Origin: a virus
Lineage: Duplodnaviria; Heunggongvirae; Uroviricota; Caudoviricetes
DNA length: 23,314 nucleotides
Strand: one strand, 5' to 3'
Virus record (IMG/VR): IMGVR_UViG_3300046002_003930
Span: 64,001-87,314 of that record
Part shown: piece by piece, positions 1-6,905 of the stretch
Numbering within the stretch: position 1 is the stretch's first letter
Layout: the number at the start of each line of letters is the position of its first letter
Translations under genes and position numbers: made by a program
Notes under the pieces: model-generated
Databases searched by the model: none
What the model saw: only the letters and a program-made list of their open reading frames with translations
What the model was told of the DNA's origin: nothing

Positions 1-135
1 GATTGCACAGAAGGCAGAATGTATCCAACAGGTAATCTGTGGGGTCCTGACAGAGTAGAGCATCAATGTAATAGATGCGGGTCTTTCCAAAACTTCGATA
101 AGTGTTATGAGACACTTTGGGATAAGTATGGTTAA
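1..135 (+). CDS. 5'-truncated small Cys-rich (Zn-ribbon-like) hypothetical protein, C-terminal 44 aa
   Basis: Frame 1 is open from base 1: DCTEGRMYPTGNLWGPDRVEHQCNRCGSFQNFDKCYETLWDKYG*. It has a CxxC (CNRC) plus an upstream Cys. Its TAA (133-135) overlaps the next ATG (ATGGTTAA), the same 8-nt overlap seen at 1064-1071. It is not in the ORF track. Confidence 0.55.
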   Translation, partial: DCTEGRMYPTGNLWGPDRVEHQCNRCGSFQNFDKCYETLWDKYG

Positions 136-562
136 CGCAAGACAGAAAGGCGCATCTTGCGAGACACAGCTTAGAGATAAGCTTAGATTAGCTACTGGTC
201 TGCCATTTGAAAGAGTACCCGGCTCTGGCGCCGGAGCTATTAAAGGCGATCTATATATTCCCACTCATCCATATGTGCATTGCATTGAGGTAAAGCACTA
301 TGCAGATTCACATTGGAATGATAAGATATTCACTAGTAAGAGTAACAACTTTGTTATGTGGTGGAAAAAGCTTGTAAATCAGGCTAAAGCCACTGGAAAA
401 GAGCCGCTGTTAATCTTTAGATATGATCGTTCCAAGTTCTTCGTTGCGACCATTAAAAAACCAGTAAACACTGAAAATTATGTTGACATTTGCTGGCTAA
501 AGTGCTATACTTTAGTATTGGACGAATGGCTTGAAAAGGAGAAGATAGAATGGATGAAGTAA
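128..562 (+). CDS. Holliday junction resolvase, PD-(D/E)xK family (T5 D14-like), 144 aa
   Basis: N-terminus MVNARQKGASCE..LRDKL, RVPGSGAG, catalytic GDL...IEVKH, and PLLIFRYDRSK. It lies upstream of a flap endonuclease as in T5-like phages. I moved the start from 107 to 128 based on the family N-terminus and the overlap with the upstream stop. Confidence 0.9.
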   Translation: MVNARQKGASCETQLRDKLRLATGLPFERVPGSGAGAIKGDLYIPTHPYVHCIEVKHYADSHWNDKIFTSKSNNFVMWWKKLVNQAKATGKEPLLIFRYDRSKFFVATIKKPVNTENYVDICWLKCYTLVLDEWLEKEKIEWMK

Positions 563-1071
563 ATTATTCTATCTACTGCTTGTATACTACGAATAACGAT
601 ATTTATATTGGTTTGAGTAAAAACTCTCGGCTACGTATAGAGCAACATTTTAGAAAAAGTTGTAATTTTAGGTTGAGAGAATTAATAGATGGTGGACGCA
701 CGGAAGTTTTCTCAGAGGTACTTCACTCAGGCCTAACTCAACAAGAAGCTAGTAATTTAGAGAAAGTACTTATCAAAAAGTATAGAGAAGACCCAGATTA
801 TAGAATTTTGAATGTTCAATCTGGTGGGGTACGAGGAGGTGCAAAAATTGAAAAGTCTCCAAAAATTTCAAAAGTAAACACGAAACATTTATCAGATAAT
901 CAGATAATTGCACTTCGCCAGAAATATTATATAGCTAATAAGCCTATAAAGTTCATTGAAGAATGTAAACAATATAATATTGCAAAAAGCTATTTTGTTA
1001 AGATTTTAAGAGGTAAGGCCAGACGTAACTTATCTGGGCCTATACTAGGAAAGGATTACACTAATGGTTAA
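550..1071 (+). CDS. Free-standing GIY-YIG homing endonuclease with C-terminal HTH/NUMOD-like DNA-binding region
   Basis: SIYCLY-x6-IYIGLSKNSRLRIEQH (GIY-YIG and R..H motifs), LEKVLI (catalytic Glu helix) and LNVQSGG (conserved Asn). The C-terminus is basic. It is AT-rich (about 27-30% GC in two 60-nt lines counted) and overlaps both neighbours. Confidence 0.85.
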   Translation: MDEVNYSIYCLYTTNNDIYIGLSKNSRLRIEQHFRKSCNFRLRELIDGGRTEVFSEVLHSGLTQQEASNLEKVLIKKYREDPDYRILNVQSGGVRGGAKIEKSPKISKVNTKHLSDNQIIALRQKYYIANKPIKFIEECKQYNIAKSYFVKILRGKARRNLSGPILGKDYTNG

Positions 1072-1888
1072 ATTATATAATGCAGAAGATGGGGAGAACA
1101 GTAACGTACTAATTGTTGATGCTATGAACCTAGCTTTTAGGTGGAAACATAGCGGAGCTACTAATTTTGTCGACGACTATATCAAAACAGTACAAAGCCT
1201 TGCACGTTCTTACAAATGCGCAAAAGTAGTAATTGCCGCTGACCAAGGCGGTTCTCAATATAGAAAAGAAATTTTTCCAGAGTACAAAGCAAATCGAAAA
1301 GAGGCTTACAAAGATGACACGCCCGCGCAAAAGGAAGCTACACGCAAATTCTTTGACGAGTATGAACGAGTACTTGAGGCCTGTGATAGCCGCTTTACAC
1401 TGTTGCGCTACAACGGAGTTGAGGCCGACGATATCGCTGCGTACATTGTCGGCAACAGAGAGCGCTTTGGAGTTGAGCGTATCTGGCTTATCAGTTCCGA
1501 CCGAGACTGGGACCTTCTCGTTGGAGAACATGTCTCTAGATTCTCTACTGTTACACGGAAAGAACAAACTCTTGATACATGGGATAACCCTGTCCCTCCT
1601 GAAGATTACCTCACGTTCAAATGCCTTGTGGGAGATAAGGGAGACAATATCCCTGGAGTTGACGGAGTCGGGCCGAAGAGAGCTGCCGCTATCATTGATG
1701 AATACGGATCCATCTTTGATATTTGCGACGCTTTGCCAATCCCTGGAAAATACAAGTACATCGCATCGCTTAACGAGAGTAGAGAGCAGATGTTCACCAA
1801 TGTCGAACTCATGGATTTGGTCACCTACAGTGAGGAAGCCGTGGGTAAGCAGAACTGTGTAGACATTGAAAATAAATTAAATGCTTAA
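1064..1888 (+). CDS. 5'-3' exonuclease / flap endonuclease (T5 D15-like)
   Basis: Motifs LIVDAMNLAF, YKANRK, VEADDIAAY, ISSDRDWDLL and the H3TH motif LVGDKGDNIPGVDGVGPKRA. Confidence 0.95.
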   Translation: MVKLYNAEDGENSNVLIVDAMNLAFRWKHSGATNFVDDYIKTVQSLARSYKCAKVVIAADQGGSQYRKEIFPEYKANRKEAYKDDTPAQKEATRKFFDEYERVLEACDSRFTLLRYNGVEADDIAAYIVGNRERFGVERIWLISSDRDWDLLVGEHVSRFSTVTRKEQTLDTWDNPVPPEDYLTFKCLVGDKGDNIPGVDGVGPKRAAAIIDEYGSIFDICDALPIPGKYKYIASLNESREQMFTNVELMDLVTYSEEAVGKQNCVDIENKLNA

Positions 1889-1912
1889 TTATAAGCAAAG
1901 TACGGAGACTAA

Positions 1913-3877
1913 ATGACGAGCGTAAGAGCAGAGATTATTACACGTAGGACCTATAACAGGCCTACATCAGAAGACGGGAAACATTTTGAGACGTGGCCCG
2001 AAACCGTAAGCCGAGTAATTGGGCACCAACAATGGCTTTGGGAGCGCGCTAAAGGTGACGAAGAGCTAACAGACACAGAGTACCAAGAACTGTTTGACTT
2101 AGAACAGTTTATGCTACAAAGAAAAGTTCTAATGTCGGGGCGAACCTTGTGGCTCGGCGGAACTACGGTAGCGCAAAAGAGAGAAGCCTCGCAGTTCAAT
2201 TGTAGCTTCACCGAGGTTGAGACTGTATACGACGTAGTAGATATTCTATGGCTTCTTCTACAGGGCTGTGGTGTAGGCTTTAAACCAATTGTAGGAACGC
2301 TAAACGGGTTCTCCAGATATATTAAAGACATTAGGGTCGTTCACAGTACTCGTACTGATAAGGGGGGGAATGAGAACAATGTCGAAATCTGGGACGCGAA
2401 AACCGGAACGTGGACTATTAAAGTTGGTGATAGCGCCGAAGCGTGGGCCAAATCCATTGGAAAATTACTTGCTGGTAAGTACCCGGCCCGGACCCTGGTA
2501 CTCGACTTCTCTGAACTTCGACCTGCCGGAGAACGCCTCAAAGGATACGGCTGGATTAGCTCTGGTGACGCAGCCATTAGTAAGGCCTATATGGCTATCG
2601 CGAAAATTCTAAATGGACGTGCTGACAGTCTTCTATCCAAGATGGATATCATGGATATTGTTAACTGGCTAGGCACTATTCTTAGCTCACGACGATCTGC
2701 TGAAATTGCTCTATTTGAGTATGGTCAGAGTGAGTGGGAAGAATTTGCAGTAGCGAAGAAAGACTTCTGGGTTTACGACAACGCTCACCGTACTCAGTCG
2801 AATAACTCTCTACTATTTATGAGTCGACCAACGCGTCATGAACTAGCATCTATCTTTGATCTAATGATGGACGCTGGTGGTTCCGAGCCGGGCTTTATCA
2901 ATGGAGTTGAGGCGCAGAGACGCGCACCTTGGTTTAAGGGTTGTAATCCTTGCGTTGAGATTCTACTTGGAAACAAATCGTTCTGTAACTTAACGGAGAT
3001 CGACATTGCCAAATTTAGAGGTAACAACGCAGAACTTCACTATGCCGCCAGACTGGCAGCGCGAGCTAACTACCGTCAGACATGCGTCAATCTCAAAGAC
3101 GGAATTCTTCAAGAAGCTTGGCACCTCAACAATGAGTTCCTACGTCTCTGCGGAGTCGGACTTACCGGAGTCGTTAAGCGTCCAGATATGTCCGCCTACG
3201 ACTATGAGTATCTCAAGCGTACGACTGTTGCCGCAGCTTTCAGCATGGCTGAAGAACTTGGCACACCGTATCCGAAGAATGTTACCTGCATTAAACCGTC
3301 GGGGACGCTCAGTAAGATTATGGACACTACCGAAGGTGCCCACAAGCCTCTTGGCAAGTACATATTCAATAACGTCACATTCAACAAGCTCGACCCAATC
3401 GTTCAAAAGATGCGAGACGCCAACTATCACGTCTTCAACCACCCGACCGATAGCGACGGGGTACTTGTATGTTTCCCAGTAGCTTATGAGGGTGTACCGT
3501 TTGATGTTGTTGACGGAGTTGAGGTCAATATTGAATCAGCTATCGCCCAACTAGAGAGATATAAGCTTTTGCAAACAAACTGGTGCCAGCAGAACGTATC
3601 CGTAACAATTAGTTACGATCCTAGTGAGGCTGATGATATCATTGATTGGCTTATGGAGAACTGGGATATTTATGTTGGCGTGAGCTTCCTATATCGCAAT
3701 GACCCTACAAAAACCGCTAAGGACCTAGGCTACCTGTACCTACCTCAAGAGGTAGTTACTAAAGAAGTATATGATAAATATGTTTCTACGCTTAGAGAGG
3801 TTAACCTCGATGCAACAGAAAGCTTCGATGAGCTAACTGATGCAGATTGTGCTACCGGGGTTTGCCCTGTCAAGTAA
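1913..3877 (+). CDS. nrdJ: Adenosylcobalamin-dependent (class II, monomeric type) ribonucleotide reductase
   Basis: RRTYNRP N-terminus, QFNCSF, NPCVEI (thiyl-radical Cys), CNLTEI, TCIKPSGTLS, QQNVSVTI and the C-terminal redox pair CATGVCPVK. SD GGAGA upstream. No beta-subunit gene is adjacent. Confidence 0.95.
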   Translation: MTSVRAEIITRRTYNRPTSEDGKHFETWPETVSRVIGHQQWLWERAKGDEELTDTEYQELFDLEQFMLQRKVLMSGRTLWLGGTTVAQKREASQFNCSFTEVETVYDVVDILWLLLQGCGVGFKPIVGTLNGFSRYIKDIRVVHSTRTDKGGNENNVEIWDAKTGTWTIKVGDSAEAWAKSIGKLLAGKYPARTLVLDFSELRPAGERLKGYGWISSGDAAISKAYMAIAKILNGRADSLLSKMDIMDIVNWLGTILSSRRSAEIALFEYGQSEWEEFAVAKKDFWVYDNAHRTQSNNSLLFMSRPTRHELASIFDLMMDAGGSEPGFINGVEAQRRAPWFKGCNPCVEILLGNKSFCNLTEIDIAKFRGNNAELHYAARLAARANYRQTCVNLKDGILQEAWHLNNEFLRLCGVGLTGVVKRPDMSAYDYEYLKRTTVAAAFSMAEELGTPYPKNVTCIKPSGTLSKIMDTTEGAHKPLGKYIFNNVTFNKLDPIVQKMRDANYHVFNHPTDSDGVLVCFPVAYEGVPFDVVDGVEVNIESAIAQLERYKLLQTNWCQQNVSVTISYDPSEADDIIDWLMENWDIYVGVSFLYRNDPTKTAKDLGYLYLPQEVVTKEVYDKYVSTLREVNLDATESFDELTDADCATGVCPVK

Positions 3878-3880
3878 AAG

Positions 3881-3912
3881 AAAGGGCGGTGGATTGCTCC
3901 ACCGCCTTTTTT
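3881..3912. terminator. Bidirectional intrinsic terminator between convergent nrdJ and endolysin
   Basis: GGCGGTGGA-TTGC-TCCACCGCC (3885-3906, 9-bp stem) is followed by TTTTTT on + and preceded by an A-rich tract that gives the U-tract on -. Confidence 0.9.
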
Positions 3913-4510
3913 ACTTATATAACGCTGCTTGGAAGATTAGTGCTTCCTTTGCAATCTTATCGGCTTTGTCTGTACCGTTGATAATTTTACGGCACTTTGT
4001 AAAGGCTTCTAGAGTTCCTGGCGCCTCCGTTAAGTATGTGCTCAACGATTTTCCAGTAAACCAACCCTGCTCCATACCCTTAACAAGGATACTAGATGCG
4101 ACTTTGGGCTGCATAGCTAGGTCTGGGTTATTTACCAATGGAACATCAAGCTCTTTCTCTGCTTTCGCGTAGTTAACTTTCCAAGTTAGCTGCACATAAC
4201 CTCGTCCACAGTATTTTGCCCCGTCACCTGGAGCAGTATTTCCATATTGCCGCGCACGTGCAGGATTTTGCCCAGTAACGTCGTACATTTTAGTGTAGTA
4301 ACTAATGCCACCATACTCTTTGATAGGTTGCATAGTCCCCGCAGTTTCATGGAAAGCAGTTGCTAGTGCGTAGGCAATATAAGCTTTAGGCCATTTAGCT
4401 GCTTCACCAGCCACTAAAATAGCCTCTAAACCTTCAACCTCTGAGCTTGATAAGGTTGGCCCGAGAAGTTTACTAGCCCTTAAGTGTGTATAAAAGTTTT
4501 CTTTATTCAT
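3911..4510 (-). CDS. Endolysin, glycoside hydrolase family 19 (lysozyme/chitinase-like), 199 aa
   Basis: AYALATAFHET...PIKE (catalytic Glu residues), YCGRGYVQLTWKVNY (GH19 signature), NPDLA, GWFTGK and RKIINGTDKA. Start set at ATG 4510 (AGGA-aaac-ATG; 8-nt overlap with the upstream stop). There is no N-terminal signal or SAR segment. Confidence 0.9.
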   Translation of the reverse strand: MNKENFYTHLRASKLLGPTLSSSEVEGLEAILVAGEAAKWPKAYIAYALATAFHETAGTMQPIKEYGGISYYTKMYDVTGQNPARARQYGNTAPGDGAKYCGRGYVQLTWKVNYAKAEKELDVPLVNNPDLAMQPKVASSILVKGMEQGWFTGKSLSTYLTEAPGTLEAFTKCRKIINGTDKADKIAKEALIFQAALYK

Positions 4511-4940
4511 GTTTTCCTGTTGAGTTGATAAGGCCAACCCCTCCTAATGTTGCTAATACAATGCATAGTATTAGATTTATCTCGGCAACATATAGACTTA
4601 AAAGTTCCGGCGTTAAAATACCGTCTTTCCACATAACAATTAAACTTGCATGTAATGTAAGTTGTGATATAAGCCCTCCTATTACTATAAGTTTCCACTG
4701 CTGTCTTTGTTTAAGCCACATATGATATACCCATAAAGCTAAAGGAAAGTCGAGTAGTGGAGATATTAGTGCTGTATTCAATAAACCAAATTTAAGAGTT
4801 AGTAACGTACAAGTAATAACGCTAGATAATAGAAGTATAGTTACCAGCAAAAGATCAGCGTTTTTAATCGGTGATACGTGAAAAGCATTGGCGGCTAGTG
4901 CTAAAACAATTAGCATTATTATGGAGTATGTTAATATCAT
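4503..4940 (-). CDS. Polytopic (4-5 TM) membrane protein in lysis cassette; holin, antiholin or accessory candidate
   Basis: Five hydrophobic stretches (about residues 1-20, 29-49, 54-73, 83-103, 113-137). ATGA overlap with the upstream gene and ATGAATAA overlap with the endolysin. Function is inferred only from position. Confidence 0.7.
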   Translation of the reverse strand: MILTYSIIMLIVLALAANAFHVSPIKNADLLLVTILLLSSVITCTLLTLKFGLLNTALISPLLDFPLALWVYHMWLKQRQQWKLIVIGGLISQLTLHASLIVMWKDGILTPELLSLYVAEINLILCIVLATLGGVGLINSTGKHE

Positions 4941-5590
4941 GGGTCACCTTCATGTGTTCCTAGCCCACATACATATATGTCTTGGCCTAATTTAAAGGAC
5001 CACTTAACGCCAACAAATCGCCCACGAACTCCGTGCGAGTTGGCAATTTTTTCATTTATTTCTATTACTTCACCAGACCTGTATGCTGCTTCATCGTTTA
5101 AAGCAAACTCAGCAGCAACTTCTGCGGGCCAGAGCTCAGCGTCCGTTCTACCAGCATAAGTTATAGGTTCTCCATTCAGATATTTATCTGCGTAGACCTG
5201 ACTAACTTGAATCATGCGGAATCGTCCAGTGCCTTCTCTGCGTTTAATCCACATAAGTCTTGGCATAGTTAATACAAAAGTTTCCAGTTCTTGAACTGTA
5301 ACGCTCTGACGATGCACCATTTCTTGTATCATATGAAGAGTTATCTCTTCAAATTTTAAGCCTGTGGCTGCCGCAAGTACGGCTCGTATTTGTCCAAGTT
5401 CTACTTCTGTTTTATGCGCACGCTCTCTTAGTCCATCAATAAGTTCCGCAGTTTTGGACTCTGCAATTTTGCGGCCTCGCCAATTAGCAGTTATCCAAGC
5501 AATAACTGCTGCTCCACCTGTAGACGCCAATGGCCACAGATCAACGATTTGACTCACTAAAGAAGGAGCCTGAGGAATAACATCGGTCAC
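4937..5590 (-). CDS. Holin-like membrane-anchored protein: one N-terminal TM, coiled coil, C-terminal PAS (PAS_4-like) domain
   Basis: GTG start. TM LWPLASTGGAAVIAWITANW is followed by RGRK, then a heptad-like helix. Residues about 102-214 match the PAS pattern: F..TMP.LMWIK, V+QVY, YAGRTDAELWPAEVAAEF..NDEAAYRSG..IE..E, R.RFVGVKW, VCGLG. Confidence 0.7.
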   Translation of the reverse strand: MTDVIPQAPSLVSQIVDLWPLASTGGAAVIAWITANWRGRKIAESKTAELIDGLRERAHKTEVELGQIRAVLAAATGLKFEEITLHMIQEMVHRQSVTVQELETFVLTMPRLMWIKRREGTGRFRMIQVSQVYADKYLNGEPITYAGRTDAELWPAEVAAEFALNDEAAYRSGEVIEINEKIANSHGVRGRFVGVKWSFKLGQDIYVCGLGTHEGDP

Positions 5591-5602
5591 ACTATACCCT
5601 AT

Positions 5603-5654
5603 ATTAGATTATCTAATTCCTAGTCATATATGACTGGTTACACTTACTATAGTA
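5603..5654. repeat. Three tandem DNA palindromes upstream of the lysis cassette
   Basis: ATTAGAT-T-ATCTAAT (5603-5617), AGTCATATATGACT (5622-5635, perfect 14-mer) and TACTATAGTA (5645-5654, perfect 10-mer). Confidence 0.85.
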
Positions 5655-5677
5655 GGGCGGGATAAAAATCCCGCCCT
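5654..5677. terminator. GC-rich hairpin after the tail-fibre operon; possible weak terminator or processing stem
   Basis: AGGGCGGGAT-AAAA-ATCCCGCCCT, a 10-bp perfect stem. No U-tract follows it on the - strand, so it is not a canonical intrinsic terminator. Confidence 0.45.
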
Positions 5678-5684
5678 TAGTAGT

Positions 5685-5957
5685 TTAAGGAGCCGGGAAT
5701 CCTGGCATACCTGGATTCGGTGTTCCATTCTGACGAGAAATCAGATTAGTTAGCACACGTTCAATCTCCTGTTCAAAGCTAAGCATCTGAGAGCCAACAC
5801 GCATTAGCGTATTATCAGCCTCTCCACCAATTTTGATTACTGTTGGAATATGGCCAGCAACGGCCTCATTAAAATCCTCGATAGCAACTAGTACTACGTT
5901 AAGGTCTGCGATTTGTAGGTCTAGAAGTTGAGTTTCTAGTTCTGCACGTTCTGTCAT
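5685..5957 (-). CDS. Small acidic helical hypothetical protein, 90 aa (possible fibre-assembly helper)
   Basis: AAGGA-9nt-ATG at 5957 (MTERAELETQ...), with a Pro/Gly-rich C-terminus. The track start at 6005 overlaps the upstream gene's stop and has no SD. Confidence 0.7.
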   Translation of the reverse strand: MTERAELETQLLDLQIADLNVVLVAIEDFNEAVAGHIPTVIKIGGEADNTLMRVGSQMLSFEQEIERVLTNLISRQNGTPNPGMPGFPAP

Positions 5958-5994
5958 TTTTGTTTTTCCTTGTATATTGGGGATAATTCCCCGA

Positions 5995-6627
5995 TTATGG
6001 ACCACCAGGATCGCCCGGGTCTCCTGCTCCTGAAGAGCCTCCGCTTAAACCAATAGTAAATGTATTACCTACTACATTTGAGGCACTTGAGGTGTTTTTA
6101 ATAGTGAAAGTTGCTGATGCCCCGGCTGCGCCTCCTGCTTCAAGACCGCTAACGTATAATACTGCTGTAATAGTTAATGTATCAGAAGCAGATACGCTGG
6201 GGATTGATATGGTACGGCTTATACCAGTAGTTTGTCCGGCTGAAAGTCTTTGCCAAGTACACCCATCAACATAAGAACCATTTCTAAAGATTTGAAACTC
6301 GAAATCCGCGGAATAACCGGAGGAAGTATTTACCTCTCCATTAGTAGTTTCAAAACTTAAAGTAATTGCACTAGTATTACCAGTCACTGTTAGAGTTTCT
6401 GTATCTGAAATTTCATCAGTTCCAGAAGCGCTAAGAGATGGGAAATCAATCCAATTCGGCACTAATGCCATATTTTTAGAGTAGAAGTCAGTTGGCATTA
6501 CTACACTTCCGGTTCGCTTACCCGCTAGACGTCTTACAGTAGCATTTGTAAGTTCTAGCGGGAGCGAAACTCCTGTTTCAGTTGAAATAGCAGCAAGTGT
6601 AATATTACCGGAGGCAGCTAAAGTCAT
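5995..6627 (-). CDS. Putative tail-fibre tip adhesin / receptor-binding protein
   Basis: The N-terminus MTLAASGNITLAAISTETG..L.LT...VRRLAG...G...MPTDFYSK is a recurrent phage anchor motif. It is followed by a Ser/Thr-rich beta-strand domain and a Gly/Pro tail. GGAGG SD and ATGA overlap with the S74-containing fibre gene. Confidence 0.65.
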   Translation of the reverse strand: MTLAASGNITLAAISTETGVSLPLELTNATVRRLAGKRTGSVVMPTDFYSKNMALVPNWIDFPSLSASGTDEISDTETLTVTGNTSAITLSFETTNGEVNTSSGYSADFEFQIFRNGSYVDGCTWQRLSAGQTTGISRTISIPSVSASDTLTITAVLYVSGLEAGGAAGASATFTIKNTSSASNVVGNTFTIGLSGGSSGAGDPGDPGGP

Positions 6628-6905
6628 TTTGCCTCCAGTAATGCTACTCGCTTACGTAATTCTTTGACTTCAGCAAGCAGGGCATAAGTAAAGCCAGCAA
6701 AGTCAACGGTTAGAATTGGTGTTCCATCGTGGAACTTTGTACCGCCTTCGTGAACTAGAAGAGCTGCCGGAGTATTTAGAACTTCTTGAGCAATAACACC
6801 CCATTGACGTGTCCCATCTTTAATGAATGAGTATACGTTTGTTGCATCAATTACTTTACTAAAATTAGTTAGAGGTTTAATTTCGCTCTTAAGTCTGAGG
6901 TCTGA
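6624..6905 (-). other. Peptidase S74 autocleaving chaperone domain of the fibre
   Basis: S|DxRLK cleavage motif (Ser codon 6905-6903, Asp codon 6902-6900), WGVIAQEV, and the coiled coil ALLAEVKELRKRVALLEAK. Confidence 0.88.

Noticed and set aside
1233-1862. 209-aa same-strand +1-frame ORF nested in the flap endonuclease
   Set aside because: TTG start with no SD and no recognisable motif. Similar +1 ORFs occur in nrdJ (2370-2612, 3006-3482), consistent with codon bias in the host genes. Ribosome profiling or dN/dS analysis would be needed to revive it.
1130-3442. Antisense ORFs over the exonuclease and nrdJ
   Set aside because: They lie fully opposite well-supported genes and have no motifs or SDs; they are shadow frames.
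1913-3877. Intein or group I intron in nrdJ
   Set aside because: The ORF is continuous, of normal length for a monomeric class II RNR, and has no splicing motifs.
3840-5552. Small + strand ORFs and the nested 63-aa - strand ORF in the lysis cassette as possible spanins
   Set aside because: None has a signal peptide with a lipobox or the Pro-rich o-spanin pattern. The 3840-4172 ORF also runs through the terminator.
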